Positions 55,948-63,164 of a stretch of 63,164 nucleotides of DNA are shown piece after piece (position 1 is the stretch's first letter; each line of letters begins with the position of its first letter). Both the position numbers and the translations under genes were made by a program. Source of the DNA: Ignavibacteria bacterium (GTDB lineage: Bacteria > Bacteroidota > Ignavibacteria > Kapaibacteriales > UBA2268); contig JAAYJM010000096.1 in NCBI GenBank assembly GCA_012522895.1, positions 1-63,164 on the forward strand, given 5' to 3'. The notes beneath the pieces were generated by a model. That model worked only from the letters and a program-made list of their open reading frames with translations, was not told the DNA's origin and searched no databases.

Positions 55948-56316
55948 ATGAAAAAAATTTTAGTCGTTGATGACGTTGAACTCGTAAGAAAGTATTTTAG
56001 AACAATTATCGAACAAGCACTCGGATTTGAGTTTTTGGAAGCTCAAAACCCCTTAGAAGCATTTGAAATACTTGAAAACACAAAGCCAGATCTGATAATA
56101 CTCGATATGGAAATGCCTGTAATGGATGGGTTTTCTGCACTTGTAAAAATAAGGAACAACGAAGCTACTAAAGCTTTGCCTGTTATCGTTTGCTCGGCGC
56201 TCAGCTCTTCATCGCTTTTTGAAAGTTTGGTAAAGCTAAATATTTCTGATTATATTGTAAAACCATCAAGCGCTGAATTGATTATAGAAAAAATAAAAAA
56301 GGCTCTTTTTATCTGA
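55948..56316 (+). CDS. stand-alone CheY-like receiver protein
   Basis: 122 aa with ILVVDD, LIILDMEMPVMDG and VKP motifs. Confidence 0.85.
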   Translation: MKKILVVDDVELVRKYFRTIIEQALGFEFLEAQNPLEAFEILENTKPDLIILDMEMPVMDGFSALVKIRNNEATKALPVIVCSALSSSSLFESLVKLNISDYIVKPSSAELIIEKIKKALFI

Positions 56317-56364
56317 GTATTTATCTTGCTTTTGTCAAAAAATAGAATTAAGAATTAAGCTACA

Positions 56365-57429
56365 ATGGAAAATATAGAAAAAATTATAAAAACAAAGAAA
56401 TACCCAAACATACTATTGCTTTTTGGAGAAGAAGATTTTTTATTAGAAGAGGCTTTTAAAGCTATTGTCAAACAATCTTCGATTGATATTTCCTCGGAAT
56501 ACGACACAGAAATCCTTGACGCAGAAAGCATTAGCTATGAAAATATAATTGAAAAGTGCAACACATTTCCTTTTATCGGAGAAAAACGTGTGCTGGCAGT
56601 TAAGCAATTTCAGTTACTTTTCCCCGCAAAACAAAGCAAAAAGAAAAGCAATGAAAGTAAATTATTTGCCAATTATTTATCCAAACCTTCAAGCTCAACT
56701 TTTTTAATTCTTACTGCCTCTCTGCCTCAATTCGATGGAATAAGCTCTGCCGAAGCCAATCCCCAAAAGTTTGATAAAATGCTCGATTCGGCTGCCTTTC
56801 CTTATAAACAAATTTTTAGCGAGCATTCTTGGATAGAATATCCAAAGGTTAAAGAGCAAAGTTTTGACAGCTGGGTAAAAAAAAGAGTTCACCTTTTTAA
56901 GAAATCAATTCAAGAAGACGCTTGCCAATTCTTAGTTGCTCAAACAAATCAGTCCTTACGAGATTTAAGCAACGAAGTAGATAAATTAGTTGCCTTTACC
57001 GATGAAAGAAAAGAAATAAACATTGATGATGTGGCAGCTGTAACAGGGAGTTCAAGAAAACACAACGTTTTTGAATTTCAAAAGCAGGTTGCAAAAAGGA
57101 ACTTAAAAGAAGCTTCCCTAATTTTAGAAAAAATGCAAAAAAATGAGCAGCAGGAAATTCTTATTGTCGTAATTTTAACTAAATTTTTTATAACACTTTT
57201 TAAACTTATTGAGAAAGCAAGTGCTGGAAATAATTATCAAATTGCTGGGCAGGTTGGCGTAAACCCTTATTTTTTAAAAGAATATATGGAATCACTTAAA
57301 CTTTATACGCAATCCGAAATTGAAAACGCTTTTTCACATTTAATTGAAGCTGACGAAATGCTAAAATCCTCTTCAACTGATAGAATGTATATATTGCAAA
57401 AAATGTTAGTGAAAATAATGGGCAGATAA
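56365..57429 (+). CDS. holA: DNA polymerase III delta subunit
   Basis: 354 aa. The N-terminal LLLFGEEDFLLEE is typical of HolA, and the length and helical C-terminus fit. Confidence 0.7.
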   Translation: MENIEKIIKTKKYPNILLLFGEEDFLLEEAFKAIVKQSSIDISSEYDTEILDAESISYENIIEKCNTFPFIGEKRVLAVKQFQLLFPAKQSKKKSNESKLFANYLSKPSSSTFLILTASLPQFDGISSAEANPQKFDKMLDSAAFPYKQIFSEHSWIEYPKVKEQSFDSWVKKRVHLFKKSIQEDACQFLVAQTNQSLRDLSNEVDKLVAFTDERKEINIDDVAAVTGSSRKHNVFEFQKQVAKRNLKEASLILEKMQKNEQQEILIVVILTKFFITLFKLIEKASAGNNYQIAGQVGVNPYFLKEYMESLKLYTQSEIENAFSHLIEADEMLKSSSTDRMYILQKMLVKIMGR

Positions 57430-57432
57430 TTT

Positions 57433-58539
57433 ATGCACGAAAATGTTCAGACAGTAGAAAAAGCAATCGTGATAGCGGTTGGGAAAAAATCTTCCGACCG
57501 CGAAGCTGTGTTTGAACAACTTGATGAGCTTGAAAATTTAGTAAATACTGCTGGCGCCGAGGTGATTGAAAAGATTTATCAAGAGCTTGACTCGCCCAAC
57601 CCGGCTACCGCAATCGGAAGAGGAAAAGTTGAGGAGCTTAAGCAGCTGATTGAAGATGAAAAAATTCAGCTTGTGGTTTTCGATGATGAGCTAAGCCCTT
57701 CACAAATAAAAAACTTAAACAGCGAGCTTCAAGTCAAAATAATGGATAGATCTTCATTGATCTTGGATATATTTTCTAAGCACGCCAAGACTGTTGAAGC
57801 AAAAACGCAGGTCGAGCTTGCCCAGTATCAATACCTCCTTCCCCGCCTTTCCAAAATGTGGACACACCTTTCCAAGCAATATGGAGGTGTTGGAACAAAA
57901 GGACCTGGCGAAACTCAAATAGAAACAGATAGACGTGTTATTCGCCGTAGAATCAAGCAGTTAAAAGAAAAATTAGAGCAAATTTCTGTTCAAAGGAAAG
58001 AACAGCAAAAAAGACGCTCCGCCATCACAAGGTTTGCATTGGTTGGCTATACCAACGCTGGAAAATCTTTTTTAATGAATTTACTGACGAAAGCCAATGT
58101 TTTAGTTGAAGATAAGCTCTTTGCTACCTTGGACACAACTGTCCGTTCATACCGCTTTGAAAGTGGGCGTAAAATTCTTATCTCCGATACCGTTGGCTTC
58201 ATTAGAAAATTGCCCGCTCATCTTATTGCTTCTTTTAGAAGCACGCTTTCCGAGGCGCTGGAATCAGACCTTTTACTGCATTTGGTCGATGTTTCACATC
58301 CACAGTTTCGCGATCACATTGCAGCTGTAAATGAAACTTTAAAGCAATTAAAAATTTTAGACAAAGAAACTATTCTTATTTTAAATAAAATTGATTTGCT
58401 TGAGGATCCTTCTATTTTAAAATCATTAAAGAAGGAATTTCCAGGCTCAGTCGCTATTTCTGCTAAAAGAGGAATAAATATCTCTAAGCTATTAGAAATT
58501 ATGGAAAGTAAAGCAAAGAGCAATACTGATAATTATTAA
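57433..58539 (+). CDS. hflX: GTPase HflX
   Basis: The HflX N-domain carries LAQYQYLLPRL...GGVGTKGPGETQIE. G1 is GYTNAGKS, G3 is DTVGF and G4 is NKID. Confidence 0.9.
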   Translation: MHENVQTVEKAIVIAVGKKSSDREAVFEQLDELENLVNTAGAEVIEKIYQELDSPNPATAIGRGKVEELKQLIEDEKIQLVVFDDELSPSQIKNLNSELQVKIMDRSSLILDIFSKHAKTVEAKTQVELAQYQYLLPRLSKMWTHLSKQYGGVGTKGPGETQIETDRRVIRRRIKQLKEKLEQISVQRKEQQKRRSAITRFALVGYTNAGKSFLMNLLTKANVLVEDKLFATLDTTVRSYRFESGRKILISDTVGFIRKLPAHLIASFRSTLSEALESDLLLHLVDVSHPQFRDHIAAVNETLKQLKILDKETILILNKIDLLEDPSILKSLKKEFPGSVAISAKRGINISKLLEIMESKAKSNTDNY

Positions 58540-58564
58540 ATTTTGCTCATAAAATGGAGTAACA

Positions 58565-60196
58565 ATGCCAAAAGATTTTGAAATATCTGGAAATTTAGTT
58601 GATATAATAAACAGAAAAATAGAGCCCTCATTAATAAAAATTAAAGATGGAAAAATTCATTCCATTCAAAAATCCCAAGATGAGCAAAAACAGTTCATTA
58701 TGCCCGGCTTCGTTGACTCTCACATTCACATAGAAAGTTCTATGCTGACGCCAAGCGAATTTGCTCGGCTTGCAGTAATTCATGGCACAGTTGCAACTTG
58801 CTCAGACCCGCATGAAATAGCAAACGTGCTTGGAATAAAGGGAATAGAATTCATGCTTCGAAACGCTAATAAAGTTCCATTCAAGTTTTATTTTGGCGCT
58901 CCCTCTTGCGTTCCAGCAACAGATTTTGAGAGCGCTGGAGCGAGAATTAGCCCAGATGATATTCGCTTTTTATTCAAAGAAAAGAAATTGAAGTATTTGA
59001 GCGAAATGATGAATTTTCCCGGTGTTATATACGAATCCCCAGATCCAATTGAAAAGCTGAATATTGCCAAAGAATATAAAAAACCTATAGACGGACACGC
59101 GCCCGGCTTGCGTGGAGATGACTTGAAAAAATACATTGCTGCTGGCATTTCGACAGACCACGAGTGCTTTAGGCTTGAAGAAGCTTTGGAAAAAATTGGT
59201 TTAGGAATGAAAATCCTTATTCGCGAAGGCTCGGCTGCAAAAAACTTCGAAGTCTTATCTCCCTTGCTTGAAAGCCATCACGAAATGTGTATGTTTTCAA
59301 GTGATGACAAGCACCCTCAAGATTTGATGGAGGGGCATATAAATTTAATTGTAAAGCGCGCGGTCTCGCAAGGCTATGAATTGTTTAGCGTTTTAAGAGC
59401 TGCTATCTTAAACCCAATAGAGCATTATAATTTAGATATTGGAATGCTAAAAATTGGCGATGATGCAGATTTCATAATAGTAGATAATCTAAAAGATTTC
59501 ACAGTCCAAGCGACTTATATAAAAGGGAATTTAGTTGCTGAGCGCGGAAAATCTTTAATTGAGCCAGTGCAAATTGATTTGGTTAATAATTTTAACATAA
59601 AAGAAAAGAAAATTAGCGATTTTGAAATCAAAGCAGAAAAAGAAAGAATTAGAGTTATTGAAGTAATTGATGGGCAACTCTTTACAAATGAATTGATTGA
59701 GGAAGCGAAAATTGAAGCTGGGAAAATCGTTTCAGATCCAGAAAAAGATATTTTAAAGCTCGCTTTAGTTAATCGCTATAAGGAATCCCCTCCAGCTCTT
59801 GCTTTCGTCCAGAATTTTGGATTGAAAAAAGGCAGCATAGCCACAAGCATTGCCCACGATTCTCACAATATCATAGCGCTTGGTTGCGATGATGAAAGTT
59901 TGTGCAAAGCAATTAACGAAGTAATTAAAAATAAAGGTGGTCTTGCCCTTGCTCATAAGGGAGAGCTGATTTCTCTGCCAATGCCAATAGCTGGGATTAT
60001 GAGTGATGAAGATGCTCAAACGGTTGCAAAAAAATATATTCTGCTGGACAATGCCGCAAAAAAATTGGGAAGCACGCTTTCAGAACCATTTATGACGCTT
60101 TCCTTTCTCGCGCTGCTTGTAATACCAAAGCTAAAATTAAGCGACAAAGGGCTGTTCGATGGCGATGCCTTTCAATTCGTAGATCTGCAATTATGA
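58565..60196 (+). CDS. ade: adenine deaminase
   Basis: 543 aa. It has the amidohydrolase metal motif PGFVDSHIHIESS, and the length and layout are typical of Ade. Confidence 0.85.
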   Translation: MPKDFEISGNLVDIINRKIEPSLIKIKDGKIHSIQKSQDEQKQFIMPGFVDSHIHIESSMLTPSEFARLAVIHGTVATCSDPHEIANVLGIKGIEFMLRNANKVPFKFYFGAPSCVPATDFESAGARISPDDIRFLFKEKKLKYLSEMMNFPGVIYESPDPIEKLNIAKEYKKPIDGHAPGLRGDDLKKYIAAGISTDHECFRLEEALEKIGLGMKILIREGSAAKNFEVLSPLLESHHEMCMFSSDDKHPQDLMEGHINLIVKRAVSQGYELFSVLRAAILNPIEHYNLDIGMLKIGDDADFIIVDNLKDFTVQATYIKGNLVAERGKSLIEPVQIDLVNNFNIKEKKISDFEIKAEKERIRVIEVIDGQLFTNELIEEAKIEAGKIVSDPEKDILKLALVNRYKESPPALAFVQNFGLKKGSIATSIAHDSHNIIALGCDDESLCKAINEVIKNKGGLALAHKGELISLPMPIAGIMSDEDAQTVAKKYILLDNAAKKLGSTLSEPFMTLSFLALLVIPKLKLSDKGLFDGDAFQFVDLQL

Positions 60197-60610
60197 TTGC
60201 TTATTTATAAAGAATTTCATAGTCAGCTGGCGCCCATTATCAGAAAAAAATGCCTCATCTGAGAGTTGCTGAATAAGAAAAACACCACGCCCACCTTCGC
60301 GGAATAAATTATTTGGGTCTCGGGGGTCGGGGACGTTCTCGGGATTAAAACCGCTCCCCTCGTCAATTACAACAAAAATAATTTCGTTCTCAATAACTCT
60401 AATGGAAAATTCTACTTTCTTAGTCGTGTCATACTTATTGCCATGACTGACTGCGTTATTAATAGCCTCAGTTACAGCTATTAAAATATTATAAATCCTT
60501 TCATCTGTTAAAGATAAAGAGTTCTTTATATCCCAAATCAAAGGTTCTATTATCTTTACCGCATTTTTGTCGCTTGCAAGCGTTTTATGAATATAAATTG
60601 TTTCTTCCAT
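60191..60610 (-). CDS. RsbW/SpoIIAB-like anti-sigma factor serine kinase (HATPase_c)
   Basis: 139 aa with N-box EAINNAVSHGN, G1 DEGSGF and G2 GGRGVFLI. It overlaps the convergent ade gene by 6 nt. Confidence 0.75.
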   Translation of the reverse strand: MEETIYIHKTLASDKNAVKIIEPLIWDIKNSLSLTDERIYNILIAVTEAINNAVSHGNKYDTTKKVEFSIRVIENEIIFVVIDEGSGFNPENVPDPRDPNNLFREGGRGVFLIQQLSDEAFFSDNGRQLTMKFFINKQS

Positions 60611-60614
60611 TTCG

Positions 60615-62651
60615 TTATAGATTTAGCATTGTAAAAAGATATAAGCTTGGAACAATACGAGCTGCTGAATTATTTATGCTTTGGTATTCCAGCCAACCTG
60701 AAATATAAGCAGCCCCAGAATCTTTAAATTTATAATGAATTAATGCCTCAGGTCCAAAAGAACGCTGACTGTAAGTGCCGAATGCAAAAGTGCTTGAATG
60801 CTTGCTTAATGATTTTTGAACTATTGAGTAATAACGCAGCCCACTTGCCAACGCAAGTTTTTCAGATAAATTGTAATATAAAAGTGCCTTAATAAATATT
60901 TCTGAAATTCCATTTTGAGGAGATTCAGAAAAATCTGCCCAATTTAAAATACCCCGCTCAGAGTATTTATAAATATTTGAAAATTGTAGACTGTAACTTT
61001 TTGTGAGATGAATAAAAATAGTATCTTTATACCCAATTTGACGGAAGCTAAAAGATTTCACTTGACTTTTCTTGTCTTCGTAATCGTAAGCAGTATAATT
61101 GGCAAGAATTTCAAATTGAGGCACAAGAACAAATTTTTCTGTCTGCCAAAAAAAAGATGGCGCCAGACGAATAATTCTATTCCAATTATTCTGCCCGCTT
61201 CTTTGCTTTTTCAAAAAAACAAGGTGATTATGCTGAGTTTCAAATGCAATTCGCGATGAAAAGCTTTGATTGAAGCGGTGCGCGTAAGTTAAATTAAAAA
61301 TCAAATTGAACTCATCGCGGTCATCGTAATTCAAATTGCTTGGGGTATCATATTGATATAAAGAAATATTTATGCTTGAGCTTATTGTGTCCTTTTGGGT
61401 TGGAGTATAGCTGAGATTAGAAAAAAGTCGAGTCCTGTTTGAAGAATTATCCCTTTGATTTTCAAGTGAGCGGACTAAATCTTCGTCTGCTTTACTAATT
61501 TCAAACTTTTTATCTATAGAATTTGCTTCGTTTCTACTATTAAAACTGATACCAATATTTTGGGAAAAACTATGAAAGCGAAATTTAGTAAGAAAATAAA
61601 AACCGAGCTGCAAATCTTGCAAATCCCGGGCTACTTTTGTTTGGGATTCATTTTCTAAGCTGTAACTATAATCTCTTGCAACTAAGATATTATTCGAGCT
61701 AAGCCTTAGCTCAGATTGCAAATAGTCTGTTAGCGCAAAATCGAATTGGAGATTTGCTTCTAATCGATTTTCCAAACGATTTTCAATAAGAGGCATTTCA
61801 TAACTAATTGTGTTTATTGGCGATATATATGCTCGGTTTAGCATTTTATATTGTAGATTAAATGCTATTCTATTATCCTTATCAAAATCTTTAAAGACCT
61901 TGGCAAATAAATCAAGGTTATAATTATTTCTATTATAATTCAAGCCCAAATATTCACCATTCAGCTTTGAAGAAAACATATAATCATTTATTCTATAATT
62001 ATTTAGCTCGCCATCTAATTTGAATAAAGAACCATTTGAAATAATATCGAGCTGAGTATTTTTTTCCATTCCAGCGCTAAATTGCAAAAAATCACTTTTA
62101 TTCAAATCGAGCCTAAGCCCCAAACTTGTATTAAGCCGTTCTAACTTATTTAAGCCAATAGATCGCGAGTCAAGCGAAAGATTTAACGCGCTGAGCGAAT
62201 AGACTGAAAATAAGTTTGAAACAGGATAGCTCATCTTTACTGCAAGATTTTCATCATCGCGAAAATTAGCAACTGCGCTTATAAAACTTGTGCCTTTATA
62301 CTGATTGAAAATAGCAAATCTCGCTCCGAACAATTCCGCCGAATAAAGTCCGTTTAGCTTAAAAATGGCAGTGTTAGCAATTTTATCCAATCCATAAGCC
62401 AAGTAGTTTTCCCCATCTCTTGTCAAGTTGAACTCGCTCTGCTCCTGTGCTTCGATATTATTAGAAAAAAAAATGATTATAATTAAAATAAAAAAACTAT
62501 TTATTATTTTTAAATTAATCAAATTTTTAAAGAAAAAAAAGATTTTTTCGCATTTCTTTTCGAGTTTAGATGGAAAGGAGAAAAAAGAAAGCGCAAAAAA
62601 TCTACAAATATTCAATAATTGAGGGGACTGTAATGCAATATTCATCTTCAT
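60615..62651 (-). CDS. putative outer-membrane beta-barrel protein (no family recognised)
   Basis: 678 aa with a hydrophobic leader ending NNIEAQ. It is rich in N/S/Y/F with alternating hydrophobic beta-strand periodicity. The true start is uncertain. Confidence 0.4.
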   Translation of the reverse strand: MKMNIALQSPQLLNICRFFALSFFSFPSKLEKKCEKIFFFFKNLINLKIINSFFILIIIIFFSNNIEAQEQSEFNLTRDGENYLAYGLDKIANTAIFKLNGLYSAELFGARFAIFNQYKGTSFISAVANFRDDENLAVKMSYPVSNLFSVYSLSALNLSLDSRSIGLNKLERLNTSLGLRLDLNKSDFLQFSAGMEKNTQLDIISNGSLFKLDGELNNYRINDYMFSSKLNGEYLGLNYNRNNYNLDLFAKVFKDFDKDNRIAFNLQYKMLNRAYISPINTISYEMPLIENRLENRLEANLQFDFALTDYLQSELRLSSNNILVARDYSYSLENESQTKVARDLQDLQLGFYFLTKFRFHSFSQNIGISFNSRNEANSIDKKFEISKADEDLVRSLENQRDNSSNRTRLFSNLSYTPTQKDTISSSINISLYQYDTPSNLNYDDRDEFNLIFNLTYAHRFNQSFSSRIAFETQHNHLVFLKKQRSGQNNWNRIIRLAPSFFWQTEKFVLVPQFEILANYTAYDYEDKKSQVKSFSFRQIGYKDTIFIHLTKSYSLQFSNIYKYSERGILNWADFSESPQNGISEIFIKALLYYNLSEKLALASGLRYYSIVQKSLSKHSSTFAFGTYSQRSFGPEALIHYKFKDSGAAYISGWLEYQSINNSAARIVPSLYLFTMLNL

Positions 62652-62664
62652 TTTAAACGCAGCA

Positions 62665-62862
62665 TCAAGTGCTAAATGCTTTTTGAAAGCAAGCTTGTTT
62701 AAATTTAATAACTTTTTCAGTAATCTCCTCAGAATTTTCTTTTACAATAATTTTCCTCCCACTAATCAATGAAACAGTAGTTTCGTGAATAGTTTGATAG
62801 AACTCAATTTCATCGACATTTATCGTGATTTTTGTTCCGTCAACCCTTGTGAGAGTAATCAT
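62665..62862 (-). CDS. flbD: flagellar protein FlbD
   Basis: 65 aa. MITLTRVDGTKITINVDEIEFYQTIHETTVSLISGRKIIVKE matches the FlbD family pattern. Confidence 0.8.
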   Translation of the reverse strand: MITLTRVDGTKITINVDEIEFYQTIHETTVSLISGRKIIVKENSEEITEKVIKFKQACFQKAFST

Positions 62863-63163
62863 ATTGCTTTCCCATATCTCGAATGTAAATTTTTCCTATA
62901 ATTGAATCGTTTTCTGTTATTTCAATTAACTTTTTCAATGACTCCTCGCTCAGTCTGATGCCGGAAGCAATGAGCTTAACTCCGGATTCTGTTATAATAT
63001 TGCGGGAAATTATCATTCCCTCTTTTAGTTCAACTTTTCTAATTGGCATTTCATTTGAGCGCCGCGATTTTATTAAATGATTTGCAAAATACTGGTCAAA
63101 AAGTGCAACTACTTTGAAATCATATATTCTATTGCACTCGTGTGTTAATTGCTCAATAGATTT
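62840..63163 (-). CDS. 3-prime part of a CDS truncated by the window edge; probably an HD-GYP paralog
   Basis: The frame stays open upstream of the listed 69-aa ORF to the window edge (KSIEQLTHECNRIYDFKVVALFDQYF...). YDFKVVALF plus LKEGMIISRN...KLIASGIRLSEE parallels FDTKVIEVF plus LSPGMVIAES...LLIASQGETITEE of the 55003-55911 protein. Confidence 0.4.
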   Translation of the reverse strand, partial: KSIEQLTHECNRIYDFKVVALFDQYFANHLIKSRRSNEMPIRKVELKEGMIISRNIITESGVKLIASGIRLSEESLKKLIEITENDSIIGKIYIRDMGKQYDYSHKG

Positions 63164-63164
63164 A

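Overview
The window looks like chromosomal DNA from a low-GC, flagellated member of the FCB superphylum. This is an inference from three T9SS type-A C-terminal sorting domains, flagellar genes and a Bacteroidota-style TTTG/TAnnTTTG promoter; an Ignavibacteria-like organism would fit. All homology calls come from motif recognition by eye, with no searches run.

I support about 44 CDS, one tRNA(CAT), several hairpin terminators and several repeat families. The contents fall into five groups:
- Housekeeping genes: pth, M16 peptidase, rpoN, cysS, a PPi-type phosphofructokinase, murI, holA, hflX and ade.
- Flagellar and regulatory genes: a motB-fliW-csrA-receiver operon with a sigma-28-like promoter, flbD, an RsbW-like kinase, and HD-GYP proteins with a stand-alone receiver.
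- A HindIII-family restriction-modification pair close to the tRNA.
- A TolC / RDD / MacA / ABC ATPase / two FtsX permease efflux operon.
- A 27-kb minus-strand block (23509-50869, about 43 percent of the window) of secreted proteases and giant repeat-rich surface proteins.

The last block is the most interesting part. It contains a 2299-aa T9SS protein with four cohesin-like modules, next to a small secreted protein with dockerin-like segments. It also contains an 881-aa beta-propeller-repeat protein and a 3645-aa mega-protein. These four proteins share modules I cannot assign to any named family. I propose this as a candidate non-cellulosomal cohesin-dockerin style surface assembly.

Other points of note are a G-quadruplex-capable heptamer repeat abutting a stop codon and large near-identical intragenic tandem duplications. 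I found no CRISPR array, transposase, integrase or rRNA.
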